A DNA stretch of 64,000 bases from Nitrospirales bacterium (GTDB taxonomy: Bacteria; Nitrospirota; Nitrospiria; Nitrospirales; UBA8639). How positions within the stretch are numbered: position 1 is the first letter of the stretch; each line of letters opens with the position of its first letter. The position numbers were made by a program, and so were the translations under genes. The DNA is taken from positions 1,696,001 to 1,760,000 of the forward strand of contig CBDCWC010000002.1 of assembly GCA_965223295.1 (NCBI GenBank), in the 5' to 3' direction. The notes under the pieces are model-generated. The model ran no database searches. It was given only the letters and a program-made list of their open reading frames with translations, and had not been told where the DNA came from. Below are positions 40,355-51,285 of this stretch, piece after piece.

Positions 40355-41815
40355 TCATTCGTCATTCCAATCATCACGATTTTCCTGAGCACCTTCTTTA
40401 GACCGGACAATCTCATAGCGCTTACATTTCTCCCACAGACCCTTTCGGGACAAACCCAACACCTTCGCAGCGGTGGTTCGGCTCCATCCAGTCCTACGAA
40501 GTATTTCAAGAATATGGCTTCGTTCAAATTGCTCGCGAGCTAGGGCGAGCGTCTCCATGCCCCCCCTTTTCATGCTGTTTTTCTGGTCTAGCTCACCGCA
40601 AAATCCACAATCTTTTTGGGGCTCTCCCCCCGAATACGGACAACGGCTTTGTCCACATAAGTCCGCAACTTGAATTTCCGGAGATTGCTGAGCCAAGGCA
40701 ACCGCCCGTTCGATCGTATTTTCCAATTCACGGACATTTCCAGGGAAACTGTAGCGAAACAGCACTTCCCGAGCTTGCCGTGACAATTTCTGACTTTTTT
40801 GTTGATTCCTGGTAGCCATCGTATCCAAAAAATGTTGTGCCAGGGTCAAAATATCTTCTCGCCGTTCCCGAAGTGGTGGAAGCTGGATCGGCACAACATT
40901 CAAACGATAATAGAGATCCTCTCGAAACCGGCCTTGTTCGACTTCCTTACGCAAATCCTTTTGCGTCGCACAAACAAGCCGCACATCGACTTCAATCGTT
41001 TCATTTCCGCCCACTCTTTCAAACTGCCGTTCCTGCAACACTCGCAGTAGCTTAATCTGAACGACCGGTGAGATCTCACCAATTTCATCCAAAAACAGCG
41101 TTCCCTGGTGAGCCAATTCAAATCGTCCACGACGTTGTCGAAGGGCTCCGGTAAAGGCCCCCTTCTCATGACCGAACAATTCCGCTTCGAGAAGAGTTTC
41201 CGGAAGAGCAGCACAACTCACTTTGACTAAGGGATGCTGACACCTAAGACTATTACTATGAATGGCATTCGCCACCAACTCTTTTCCGGTCCCGCTTTCT
41301 CCGACAATCAACACGGTTGAATCCGTATTCGAGACGAGCTTGACCTTTTCCAAAACCTGGTGCATCCGTTCGTTTTTTCCCACAATTCCCTGAAAACTCA
41401 CTTTACGTTCGAGTTCTTCGCGCAAGACACGATTTTCTTCTCGCAGGGCCACCATTCCACAGACACGTCCGACACTCAATAACAATTCATCCATTGAAAA
41501 AGGCTTCGTCATATAATCGTACGCGCCATCCTTCATCGCATGAACGGCCGTATCGACCGACCCATGCGCCGTAATCACAATCACTTCGGTATTGGGCCAT
41601 TGTTCTTTGCATGTTGAGACGATTTGAAGCCCATCTGCACCGGGCAGACGCAAATCGGTAATCACCACATTAAACTCTGTCGCTTGCAATCGCTCCAACC
41701 CTTCAGAACCAGTACTGGCTTCCTGCACCTCATAGCCATCCGCCGTAAGGGCATCGACCATAGAGACACGCATTAACGGCTCATCATCAACAATCAAAAT
41801 CGATCCTTTGTTCAT
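40355..41815 (-). CDS. Sigma54-dependent NtrC-family response regulator
   Basis: REC domain (IVDDE, DLRLP), GESGTGKE, GAFTGA, FLDEIGE, C-terminal Fis HTH. Confidence 0.95.
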   Translation of the reverse strand: MNKGSILIVDDEPLMRVSMVDALTADGYEVQEASTGSEGLERLQATEFNVVITDLRLPGADGLQIVSTCKEQWPNTEVIVITAHGSVDTAVHAMKDGAYDYMTKPFSMDELLLSVGRVCGMVALREENRVLREELERKVSFQGIVGKNERMHQVLEKVKLVSNTDSTVLIVGESGTGKELVANAIHSNSLRCQHPLVKVSCAALPETLLEAELFGHEKGAFTGALRQRRGRFELAHQGTLFLDEIGEISPVVQIKLLRVLQERQFERVGGNETIEVDVRLVCATQKDLRKEVEQGRFREDLYYRLNVVPIQLPPLRERREDILTLAQHFLDTMATRNQQKSQKLSRQAREVLFRYSFPGNVRELENTIERAVALAQQSPEIQVADLCGQSRCPYSGGEPQKDCGFCGELDQKNSMKRGGMETLALAREQFERSHILEILRRTGWSRTTAAKVLGLSRKGLWEKCKRYEIVRSKEGAQENRDDWNDE

Positions 41816-44800
41816 GAACCAACCTTCACCATCGAGGGCACACGGGATCGAACCAACGGCAAACGAACAGTAAAACGTGTCCCATTGCCTTCTTCACTCT
41901 CGACCAACATTTCACCTCCATGTCGCTGGACGATTCCTAAACTCACCGACAACCCCAATCCCGTCCCCTCCCCGGTTCCCTTTGTCGTAAAAAATGGATC
42001 AAAAATATGTGGACGCACATTTGAAGCAATGCCGCATCCATTGTCTTCGACAATAATGTCACAGACGTCTTCATGCTTGTATGTCTCAAGATTCACATGC
42101 CCTCCCTCTTGAAGCGACTGCACCGCATTTAAGACCAAATTCATAATCACCTGTTCAATCATTGGCGCATCAACCATGACGAGAGGAAGTGCCCCATCAT
42201 ATTTTTTCTGCAGCACAGCCTGTCGCTCCACAAAGACATGCTCTGTTAACACACCGACACGATCTAAAATGGGGTGGAGGTCAGCCAATGCCAGTTCAAG
42301 TTCTCGCTGTTGCGAAAAATCTAGCAACTGCCGCACGATACGTTGCACCCGCAATAACCCGTCTTCCATAAAATGTAAATATTCTTGAGAACGTTCAGGC
42401 GTTAACGTACCTTTGCGAATATTGTACAGACAGTTCAAAATGCCTCCTAAAGGATTATTGATTTCATGAGCCACACCGGCAGCCAATTGACCAATTGACG
42501 CAAGACGTTCAGAGTTTTGCACCTGCTGTTCTAGTTGTTTGCGTTCGGTAATATCTCGAGCAATACCCAAAACCCCGTTCTGCCCGCCAGAATCATCAAG
42601 GAGCGGAGCCACGCTCACGAGCACCGACCGCAATTCTCCCTGTCGGCTCATGATCTCGACTTCATAGACCTGCTTGGTCGCCATATCTAAGGTTTCCTGC
42701 AAATACCGACTCCGAAACCGCTTAGACAACAGAGACAAGTACGGCTTCCCGATTAAATCTTCCTTTCGATATCCCCACGCTTCAACTTTGCCGTTCAAGT
42801 AGGTGAACCGCAAATCAACATCCAACGTATAAATAACATCATTCGCATTTTCTAACAGACTTTCAATATACCCTTTGGCCTGCTCAATTTCTCGTGTCCG
42901 CTCCACCACCTTCTCTTCCAAAGCCTCATTATAGCGCTGAAGCGTCACCTCTAGATTTTTATGCTCGGTAATATCTCGCAACTGAACCATAATAGATGAC
43001 CGAGGCCCCATATCAATCCGGACAAGATCCATTTCCATATACTTGAGCACACCGCGCCTATCATTCGTCTCAATTTCCGTGGTGGGAACCTTCGGCTCTC
43101 CTCCACTCACACGGTCCAACAAGTGGCAACTGGCTTCTTGAAACGCTGGCGAGATAAGTTTCAGGAATGAATCTCCCACTAAATCAGATGGAACATACCC
43201 CAGAATATCTTGTGCACGAGCATTCACATCCAACACCTGCCCATTCAGGTCCACCACAAAGATAGAATCCGCCGCTAAATTAAACAAGGCTTTATATCCT
43301 GCTTCTGAATCAGATAACTGTTGGGTCCGTTCTTTCACCAAATCCTCAAGTTGATTGGTATAGCGGGCCACCTCCTCCTGTAAGGCTTTTCTATCGGTGA
43401 TGTCTCGCACAAAACCGCGAGAGAAGACAAGAGATTGTGTTTCGGAATCCACCAATGTCGTCGAATGGATTTCCACTTCGATCAGTTCTTCGGATTGAGT
43501 GCGAAAGACTGTTTCAATCCGCCGATTGCCATTCACTCCTAACCCCTGCACATAGGCTTTTACCGAATCTTGATAGTCAGAAGGCACGATATCCCATAAA
43601 AACATCTTCAACATATCATCCAGTGAATACCCAAGCTTCTTTAATTCGGTTGAATTCACATGCACAAAGCGCCCCGAAGGGTCTAGTTGATGAATCATTT
43701 CCGGAGCATTTTCAATCAGGTCACGATACTTTTTCTCTAATCGCCCAATTTCATCTACTTTTTGGTTCAACTGGGAAAATGTATGCTGAAGCTTTCCAGC
43801 CATCCCATTAAACGTTTGGGCCAAACGCTCAATTTCATCCCCTGTGTGAATATGAATCTGTTTCCCAAAATTTCCAACTCCGAATTCTTCTACCCCTTCT
43901 GATAATGCCTGGATAGGCTTCACGATTCGACCAGCAACGACAATGCCGGCAATCCATAACATCACAAAAACACCAGCACCATAGGACAACACTTTCATTA
44001 ACAATTGCTCCAACGGCGCGTACGTTTCTGATGGATCCTGACTGGCTAACATTTGCCAGGATTTCCCACCAAAACTCTGTGCGGCCAACGGCACCCCCAT
44101 ATGTAGGGGCGCATAGCCTACAATGGCATGCTGAGCGCCATGAGAATCAGGGTTTGCCACTAACCATCCAGGAAGTCCTTGCTGAAATGCTTCGACTATG
44201 CTGGCGGGAACAGCATGCTCTTCCAAAGAAAAGGTTGGGCAAAGAATGGGCATCCCATCAGTTGTAACAAGCATAGCATGTCCAGTTTTCCCCGCCGCCA
44301 CTTCGGAAATGGAACGAAACAAGGAATCCCGTCGTAGAAGAATACTGATCGCTCCCACGATCTTTTGGCGGGCATCATCCCAAATCGGCACCCCGACTTT
44401 CAGCACATGAGTGCCGAATCCTGGATCAAACGATAAATCACTGACAAAGGCCTGCGTCTCACCCGATTGCATCACAGCTTGCCACCAAAGGCTCGCCCCA
44501 TGAAAAAAGCCAACCTGCGGAAAGGAGCTCATGACCAAGGCCCCTTTGTTGTCCACGACCACAATCGCTAAATAATCCGCCTTCCGAATGGCATGCCATT
44601 GCGTCAGATAATCCGTAGCATATTTATTAATAAACACGGGGAACTCATTCTGCGCTGATTGAGCCTGCCAACTATCTTGCCATTCCTGAATAAGGGCTTG
44701 AATTTCTTCCGCAGTTTTGTAGACATAACTCTTATTGGAGTTAATCACCGCACCTCGAATAAATGGAATAGTCGCCAATTGCTGAGCTTCATTAATACTG

Positions 44801-45006
44801 CGAGTAATTTTGGTCTCAACTTTGCGCGCCACTTCAACAGCAATCCCCTTCATGGTGATCCCAGCAGCTTCACGCAAGGCCCGTTTTTCTTCGAAATAGG
44901 TCAGGAGGAGGGAAAGCACGAGAGGCAGAAGACCCACCAGCACCATCGCCAGGATCGTCTTGCCTTTTAATTGGAGGGGAAACCCAAAGCCTGTCACTTT
45001 GGTCAC
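41812..45006 (-). CDS. Sensor histidine kinase (Cache-like, HAMP, 3 PAS, HisKA, HATPase)
   Basis: Two TMs, DEIERLA..FN.M HAMP, three PAS units ending RDIT, AHEINNP, FDPFFTTK..GTGLGL. Confidence 0.93.
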   Translation of the reverse strand: MTKVTGFGFPLQLKGKTILAMVLVGLLPLVLSLLLTYFEEKRALREAAGITMKGIAVEVARKVETKITRSINEAQQLATIPFIRGAVINSNKSYVYKTAEEIQALIQEWQDSWQAQSAQNEFPVFINKYATDYLTQWHAIRKADYLAIVVVDNKGALVMSSFPQVGFFHGASLWWQAVMQSGETQAFVSDLSFDPGFGTHVLKVGVPIWDDARQKIVGAISILLRRDSLFRSISEVAAGKTGHAMLVTTDGMPILCPTFSLEEHAVPASIVEAFQQGLPGWLVANPDSHGAQHAIVGYAPLHMGVPLAAQSFGGKSWQMLASQDPSETYAPLEQLLMKVLSYGAGVFVMLWIAGIVVAGRIVKPIQALSEGVEEFGVGNFGKQIHIHTGDEIERLAQTFNGMAGKLQHTFSQLNQKVDEIGRLEKKYRDLIENAPEMIHQLDPSGRFVHVNSTELKKLGYSLDDMLKMFLWDIVPSDYQDSVKAYVQGLGVNGNRRIETVFRTQSEELIEVEIHSTTLVDSETQSLVFSRGFVRDITDRKALQEEVARYTNQLEDLVKERTQQLSDSEAGYKALFNLAADSIFVVDLNGQVLDVNARAQDILGYVPSDLVGDSFLKLISPAFQEASCHLLDRVSGGEPKVPTTEIETNDRRGVLKYMEMDLVRIDMGPRSSIMVQLRDITEHKNLEVTLQRYNEALEEKVVERTREIEQAKGYIESLLENANDVIYTLDVDLRFTYLNGKVEAWGYRKEDLIGKPYLSLLSKRFRSRYLQETLDMATKQVYEVEIMSRQGELRSVLVSVAPLLDDSGGQNGVLGIARDITERKQLEQQVQNSERLASIGQLAAGVAHEINNPLGGILNCLYNIRKGTLTPERSQEYLHFMEDGLLRVQRIVRQLLDFSQQRELELALADLHPILDRVGVLTEHVFVERQAVLQKKYDGALPLVMVDAPMIEQVIMNLVLNAVQSLQEGGHVNLETYKHEDVCDIIVEDNGCGIASNVRPHIFDPFFTTKGTGEGTGLGLSVSLGIVQRHGGEMLVESEEGNGTRFTVRLPLVRSRVPSMVKVGS

Positions 45007-45098
45007 ATCACAATACCCATGAGAAAGACTAACTCCAGAGAATCATTTACATTTTGATAACCCTTTCTCCGAGCTGTCAAGAAATAAAACAGGTGTAC

Positions 45099-46019
45099 TT
45101 ATTTGCCACGGCTTAGTAATTTCCCTTCAGCGCCTGGCCACAGGAGCAGTAGAGGACTGGCCACAAAGATCGACGAATAAGTGCCGACCATGACTCCCAA
45201 CAGTAAGGCCAATGAAAAATCATGAAGAACTTCTCCACCCCACAAGGTCAAAGGCACCAAGACTAATACTACGGTCAGAGTGGTGACCAACGTACGGCTC
45301 AGCACTTGATTGATGCCATTATTAATGATATCAGACACCTTCTCACGGCGGCGGCGGCGAAGGTTTTCACGAATCCGGTCAAAAACGACCACGGTATCTG
45401 TCAAGGAATATCCAGCCAATGTGAGTAAGGCCGTCACCACGAGCAAGGTAATTTCCTTATTCAACAGAAAATAAATGCCCAACACCACTAACACATCATG
45501 AAACGTCGCAATCGCAGCGGCCACCCCAAACCGAAACTCGAAGCGCACAGCAATATAGAGAATAATTCCTACCAGAGAAAGCACGATAGCAATCAGGGCA
45601 TCTTCTTGAAGTTTCTTCCCGATAGTCGGACCAATGGATGTGCTTGAATCCACAACAAAACCATGATTCGCAAATTCTGTTTGAAAGGCGTCTATAATCT
45701 GCTTGCTGATTTTATCCTCAATGGTCGTTTCAGTTTTCACTCGAATGAGAAGCTTCTGATCTTGAGAAAATTCTTGCAACTCTGCTTCCCCAAGACCATG
45801 TTTCTGCAGTGCCTTTCTTGCATCCTCAATGCTCAGGGCTTGATCAAACTTGAGCTGCACCGCCGTTCCTCCAGCAAAATCAATTCCTAGATTGGCCCAA
45901 CCCGCGATAATTCCCACTACAGCCAGAATTCCAAGAAAAATCAGAACGCCGGAGATGGCAAAAGCAATGTTCCGCTTTCCCATAAAATCTATAGAGGTTT
46001 GTCCCACAATTTCCATCAT
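45099..46019 (-). CDS. secF: Protein translocase subunit SecF
   Basis: LGIDFAGG, FHDV, GYSLTDTVVVFDRIRE, GTYSSIF. Confidence 0.96.
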   Translation of the reverse strand: MMEIVGQTSIDFMGKRNIAFAISGVLIFLGILAVVGIIAGWANLGIDFAGGTAVQLKFDQALSIEDARKALQKHGLGEAELQEFSQDQKLLIRVKTETTIEDKISKQIIDAFQTEFANHGFVVDSSTSIGPTIGKKLQEDALIAIVLSLVGIILYIAVRFEFRFGVAAAIATFHDVLVVLGIYFLLNKEITLLVVTALLTLAGYSLTDTVVVFDRIRENLRRRRREKVSDIINNGINQVLSRTLVTTLTVVLVLVPLTLWGGEVLHDFSLALLLGVMVGTYSSIFVASPLLLLWPGAEGKLLSRGK

Positions 46020-46058
46020 GGCTGCATCATACTCCTATTCGTCATATACATTTGCCTC

Positions 46059-47693
46059 TTAAATACTCAAGGTTTCCAATTTTCTCCGATTCAAGAAGTC
46101 AAAGACCACTTTCGTTCCGACAAATGCCGTAAAAAGATTAATCCCAATACCCAAACAAAGCGTGACGGCAAATCCTTTAATAGGTCCGGTTCCAAATAAG
46201 AATAACGCCAACCCCGTGATCAAAGTTGTCACATGGGCATCCACAATCGTCAGGAAAGCTTTTTCAAAACCAGCATCTACCGCTAAACGGACAGGACGAC
46301 CAGCGCGTAATTCTTCACGAATGCGTTCGAAGATCAGTACATTGGAGTCTACTCCCATTCCAATGGTTAAGATAATCCCTGCAATACCAGGCAGCGTTAA
46401 AGTGGCATTCAATCCGGACAGAGCCCCTAACAAGCCGATTAAATTTAGTGCCAAGGCCATATTGGCAATTAGCCCCGACAGACGATAGTACACAACCATG
46501 AAAATCAAGACTAAGCAACCAGCAATCAACGTCGTACGTAACCCTTTTTCTATAGAATCCTTTCCTAGAGAAGGACCCACAGTTAAATCCTGTAGGGTTT
46601 TGAGTGGGGCCGGCAGCGCCCCTGCCCGAAGGACGACGGCCAAATCATTGGCTTCGTCAGTCGTAAACGTACCACTGATGACCGCCCGGCCTCCGCTAAT
46701 GCGCTCATTGATCGTGGGAGCAGAATACACTTTCCCATCCAGCACAATCGCCATGCGTTTCCCAACGTTGGCAGCTGTCACAGCATCGAATTCCTGAGCC
46801 CCCTTACTATCAAAAGTCACGCCAACATTTGGTTCATTAAATTCCCCAATTGATACCCGTGCATCTTGAAGCAAATCCCCAATTAAGGCAGCATCCTTTT
46901 TCACCAAATAGGGGATGCTATAGGTGGAATCATCCAATTCCGATTCAACGGTTTCAAAAAGAATTTCAGCTTCCTCTGGGATTTTCTCGGCAAATTCTTG
47001 ACGAACCTTTTCTTCCTGCCCCCTTTCAACCTGTGGCGGAAGATCCAATGCGGCCTTGGATTCATGGAGCATTTTGAATTCAAGCAACGCAGTCTTTTGA
47101 ATAAGATCTTTCGCTCGTTGCGGATCTTGAACTCCAGGTAATTGAATCGCGATTTGATTCAATCCCAATCGCTGAATCAACGGTTCTGCGACGCCAAATT
47201 GGTCGATCCGGTTCCGGATCGTCTCCAACGCTTGATTAATGGCAGAGGTTTTGATGCGTTGAACATCTTCATCACTCAGTGCATATTCTAGACGCCCACC
47301 AGAATTTTCCCGCAAGAGAAAGCTGGGGTAAGACTCGCTGACCAACGATTGAACCTCGTCAGCATCCGATTCATTCTCCAAATCAATTGAAACTCCATTC
47401 GAACCCTCTCGGCTCACCGCTTTTACTTCAATTGATTGTTCGGCTAAAAGATCCTCTATAGCTTTTCGCGACCGGTCAACCGCAATTTCCACAGCTCGCT
47501 CTTCTTCTACTTCCAGCACCAGGTGGATCCCACCCTGAAGGTCCAATCCTAACGACAACCCTTGATGATTGAAAAAACTTTTTACTCCCTCTGGCAAAAC
47601 TTGGTACAAGCTCGGGAAGGAAGGCAACGCTAGAATACAGGACACAATAGTGACAGTGAGGAGGAGGAGAAATCTCCCTCGAAGCTTTTTCAT
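46059..47693 (-). CDS. secD: Protein translocase subunit SecD
   Basis: LGLDLQGG, RIDQFGVAEP, GALPAP, VDSNVLIFERIREE. Confidence 0.96.
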   Translation of the reverse strand: MKKLRGRFLLLLTVTIVSCILALPSFPSLYQVLPEGVKSFFNHQGLSLGLDLQGGIHLVLEVEEERAVEIAVDRSRKAIEDLLAEQSIEVKAVSREGSNGVSIDLENESDADEVQSLVSESYPSFLLRENSGGRLEYALSDEDVQRIKTSAINQALETIRNRIDQFGVAEPLIQRLGLNQIAIQLPGVQDPQRAKDLIQKTALLEFKMLHESKAALDLPPQVERGQEEKVRQEFAEKIPEEAEILFETVESELDDSTYSIPYLVKKDAALIGDLLQDARVSIGEFNEPNVGVTFDSKGAQEFDAVTAANVGKRMAIVLDGKVYSAPTINERISGGRAVISGTFTTDEANDLAVVLRAGALPAPLKTLQDLTVGPSLGKDSIEKGLRTTLIAGCLVLIFMVVYYRLSGLIANMALALNLIGLLGALSGLNATLTLPGIAGIILTIGMGVDSNVLIFERIREELRAGRPVRLAVDAGFEKAFLTIVDAHVTTLITGLALFLFGTGPIKGFAVTLCLGIGINLFTAFVGTKVVFDFLNRRKLETLSI

Positions 47694-47712
47694 GCATTAA
47701 CCTCTTGATCCA

Positions 47713-48036
47713 TCATGATTCACTCGACGTACGAATGCTGGAAATATGGTCACGCTGTAAACGTATTTTCGTATTATCAGCCACTTGGAGTGTGACGGTT
47801 TCTTTATCCAAATTGGTAACCGTCCCCCAAATTCCTGAAGACGTAATGACCTTATCTCCTTTTTTAAGGCCGTCTAATAGTTCTCGTTGCTTTTTTTGTC
47901 GCCGTTGCTGCGGCAAGATCAACAAAAAATAAAACACGATAAAGATCAGAATAAACGGAATGAGTGACAGTAGCCCCGCTGACGTATCAGGTGCAGCCCC
48001 TCCAGTTTGAGCCCATGCTTGAGAAACAAATTCCAT
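47713..48036 (-). CDS. yajC: Preprotein translocase subunit YajC
   Basis: FYFLLILPQQRRQK, LKKGDKVITSSGIWG; start reassigned to ATG 48036 after GAGG. Confidence 0.92.
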   Translation of the reverse strand: MEFVSQAWAQTGGAAPDTSAGLLSLIPFILIFIVFYFLLILPQQRRQKKQRELLDGLKKGDKVITSSGIWGTVTNLDKETVTLQVADNTKIRLQRDHISSIRTSSES

Positions 48037-48074
48037 ACTTACCTCAATCATGCAATTGGGTGACGATAGCACAA

Positions 48075-49229
48075 TTAATTTATGGTATCTTGCTGTAACG
48101 GGTCGGCCTCGACCGATGCGCGGCGTTGATAGAAATCTTTTCGATAGTCCTCGAATCGATTCTCTCTAATCGCCTGCCGCATTTCGGCCATAAGCCGTCC
48201 ATAATACCAAAGATTGTGGACAGTATTCAGTCGAACACCTAACATTTCACGAGAAATAAATAAATGCCGCAAATAGGCCCTGGAAAACCGTTGGCACACT
48301 GGACAGGTACAGTCTGCATCAATCGGGCTTGGGTCTTGCGTATAGCGTGCTTGCTTGATCATGACGCGTCCTGTAGAAGTAAACAGCCATCCCGTTCGGC
48401 CATGACGGGTCGGAATCACACAATCAAATAAGTCCAACCCTCGAGTCACGCCCTCCACAAGGTCTTCGGGCAAACCAACGCCCATAAGATAGCGGGGGCG
48501 GTCGACCGGAAGAAGCTCGACCACCGTTTCTATCATCTCGAACATCGCAGGCTTTTCTTCACCTAGCGATAGTCCACCCAACGCATACCCATCCATATTT
48601 AACGCAACCAATTCCTGAGCGGATTCCCTCCTCAACTCTGAGAACACTCCACCTTGAACGATCCCAAATATCCATTGATGAGCCTTCCTAGGAACTTCAG
48701 CACAGCGCTTTGCCCAACGGGTGGTGCGCTGCACCGCTTCTCGAGCCTGAGGTTGAGGACAGGGAAATGATGGACAATGGTCCAAGACCATCATAATATC
48801 TGAGCCAAGCGCGACTTGGATGCCAATACTTTTCTCCGGGGAGAGCATATGCCATTCTCCGTTGATATGGGAACGAAACCTCACGCCCTCCTCGGTAATC
48901 GTGCAAAGATCAGCGAGGCTGACCATTTGGAACCCACCACTATCGGTAAGAATGGCTCCTGGCCATTGCATAAACTCATGCAACCCTCCCTGTGATTCAA
49001 TCAATTCGTGTCCAGGCCGTAGAAACAAATGGTAAGCATTGGCCAACATCATTTGAAAGCCACAATCACGAATTTCGTAAGGATCTAAACCTTTAACGGT
49101 TCCTTGTGAGCCCACTGGCATAAAGGCTGGAGTGGCAATATCACCATGTGACGTGGATAACAAACCAACTCGGGCTCCAGAAACCGTAGTATGATGAACC
49201 TGAAAATTCTGTTTACCGTAAGAGGCCAT
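48075..49229 (-). CDS. tgt: Queuine tRNA-ribosyltransferase
   Basis: TPAFMPVG, LTDSGGFQ, RYLMGVG, FDCVIPTR, CTCPVC...HN. Confidence 0.96.
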   Translation of the reverse strand: MASYGKQNFQVHHTTVSGARVGLLSTSHGDIATPAFMPVGSQGTVKGLDPYEIRDCGFQMMLANAYHLFLRPGHELIESQGGLHEFMQWPGAILTDSGGFQMVSLADLCTITEEGVRFRSHINGEWHMLSPEKSIGIQVALGSDIMMVLDHCPSFPCPQPQAREAVQRTTRWAKRCAEVPRKAHQWIFGIVQGGVFSELRRESAQELVALNMDGYALGGLSLGEEKPAMFEMIETVVELLPVDRPRYLMGVGLPEDLVEGVTRGLDLFDCVIPTRHGRTGWLFTSTGRVMIKQARYTQDPSPIDADCTCPVCQRFSRAYLRHLFISREMLGVRLNTVHNLWYYGRLMAEMRQAIRENRFEDYRKDFYQRRASVEADPLQQDTIN

Positions 49230-49277
49230 AAGTTTGCTGCTCAGAAAAAGTCATTCTGCTAAAGGCTACCAGATTCG

Positions 49278-51059
49278 TTACATTTTCTCGGGAGATGACA
49301 TGCCGAGTAATGTGAGACCGTTACGAAGCACCATCTGCACTTGACGCAACAGAGCTAAACGAGCGGCAGTGAGCGCAGGGGTGAGAGATTCATGGCGGGG
49401 TTCTTTTTCTGTATGTAGTTTATCTCCATTTGATTCCCATAACTTTTGCTGAGACTCTCTTTCGTCTATCACCACATTCTCCAATGGCTGGAGAACTCGA
49501 TGCTTGTTGTAATAGGCATGCAATTGCGCAGCAAGTTCTTGCAAATAAAAGGTGACACGATGAGGCTCCAAAGCCAGAGCACTCCCTTCAACAACAAAAG
49601 GATATTGAGCTAGAGTTTTCATGAGCGCCAACTCTTCGACGGCGAGAAGTAAAGAAGGATCGACATCCTGAATGTCAGGGAGTGAAACCTGACGTTCCTG
49701 GGCAACACGGAACAGACTGGCTAAGCGAGCATGAGCATACTGAACATAATAGACAGGATTATCGGAAGATTGTTGTTTCGCTAATTCCAGGTCAAAATCC
49801 AAATGCGTATCTGCCCGCCGCATCAGAAAGAAAAACTTCGCCGCATCAGACCCGACTTCCTCTACGATCTCACGCAACGTGACAAATTCTCCGGCGCGTT
49901 TGGACATCTCAATCTTTTGAGTCCCTCGCAGCAAACTCACCATTTGCACTAACACGACTCGGAGCGATTCTTTGGTATGACCAAAAGCCTGTACTGTCGC
50001 AGCCATTCGCGGGATATATCCATGATGGTCAGCCCCCCAAATATTAATAAGGGTATTGTACCCCCTAGCCAGCTTATCATGATGATAGGCCATATCCGCA
50101 GCTAGATACGTGTAGCTGCCATCTTGCTTTTTAACGACTCGATCTTTTTCATCCCCAAACATTGAAGAACGAAACCACAAGGCTCCATCTTCCTCCTTGA
50201 CAAGATCTCGTTCACGCAATTTATCCAACGTAAACTGCACCATCCCTTTCGAATGAAGAGTCGCTTCTGAAAACCAGGTCTCGAAATTCACGCCAAAATT
50301 TTCCAAATCCTCCTTAATGCGGTGCAACAACACCTGACTGGCTACTTGCGCACAAGTCGTTTCGGCCTGATCTGTTGGCTGCTTTAGTAAAGTCTCTCCA
50401 TGAGAACGGACAAGAGATTCAGCCAACTCCTTTATATAGTCTCCGTGATACCCATCCTCGGGAAAGGATGAGTCTTTCCTTAAACATTCTCGATAGCGTG
50501 CATACACAGACTGCCCTAATAATAGAAGTTGCCGGCCAGCATCATTAATATAGAATTCACGTTCAACCGTAAATCCGGTGGCGGTGAGGAGCGAGGCAAT
50601 AGCCTGTCCCAATGCTGCACCCCGCCCATGTCCTACATGCAAGGGTCCAGTCGGATTCGCACTGACAAATTCCAAATTAATTCGTGTGCCTTTTCCCACA
50701 TGACTCGTACCATACAAAAACCTTTGCTCCTGGATGGTTTGTAATACTTCTATCCAGCGAAGAGGGTGTAGTGTAAGATTTAAAAAACCTGGGGGTGCGA
50801 CATCTATTCGTTCAAATAAATTCGGAAATTGCTCTTGGAGGTTTGTGGCTAAAACCTTGGCCACTTTCAGCGGGGCTTGTTGAACGGTAGAAGCCAGCTT
50901 CATAGCGACATTACAAGAGAAGTCTCCCCATTCAGACCGCTTGGGAGGTTCTACAACCGGAGACGGAATTGCACCAATGGATAATTGTCCCGACTCATTG
51001 ACTTTCTCTAGGGTCTGGGCAATAGCCCTAGCAACTTGGTTTTGAAGAAATATCTCCAC
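49278..51059 (-). CDS. argS: Arginine--tRNA ligase
   Basis: EFVSANPTGPLHVGHGR, GADHHGY, MSKRAG, YYVQYAHAR, C-terminal PEKM. Confidence 0.97.
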   Translation of the reverse strand: MEIFLQNQVARAIAQTLEKVNESGQLSIGAIPSPVVEPPKRSEWGDFSCNVAMKLASTVQQAPLKVAKVLATNLQEQFPNLFERIDVAPPGFLNLTLHPLRWIEVLQTIQEQRFLYGTSHVGKGTRINLEFVSANPTGPLHVGHGRGAALGQAIASLLTATGFTVEREFYINDAGRQLLLLGQSVYARYRECLRKDSSFPEDGYHGDYIKELAESLVRSHGETLLKQPTDQAETTCAQVASQVLLHRIKEDLENFGVNFETWFSEATLHSKGMVQFTLDKLRERDLVKEEDGALWFRSSMFGDEKDRVVKKQDGSYTYLAADMAYHHDKLARGYNTLINIWGADHHGYIPRMAATVQAFGHTKESLRVVLVQMVSLLRGTQKIEMSKRAGEFVTLREIVEEVGSDAAKFFFLMRRADTHLDFDLELAKQQSSDNPVYYVQYAHARLASLFRVAQERQVSLPDIQDVDPSLLLAVEELALMKTLAQYPFVVEGSALALEPHRVTFYLQELAAQLHAYYNKHRVLQPLENVVIDERESQQKLWESNGDKLHTEKEPRHESLTPALTAARLALLRQVQMVLRNGLTLLGMSSPEKM

Positions 51060-51107
51060 TGAAAATCTCTCTATCTACTTAATAAATAAGGGATTTTACC
51101 CGCGGCG

Positions 51108-51136
51108 AATGTACCACAGGATTTTTTTCAAGGCAA
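51108..51136 (-). promoter_or_regulatory. Sigma70-type promoter of argS-tgt-yajC-secDF
   Basis: TTGCCT-N17-TACATT with TGn extended -10. Confidence 0.55.
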
Positions 51137-51285
51137 GGATTCGTAGGAACTTCAAAAAATATCGCTACTATACAACTTATAAGATTTTCCCATTATTAAG
51201 ACTTAACGAACATTTATTTTCATGACTACGCAATTTACTTTTTTAGGAAAAATTTCGAGATCTCACTTCATTTCATTCAGCCTTG

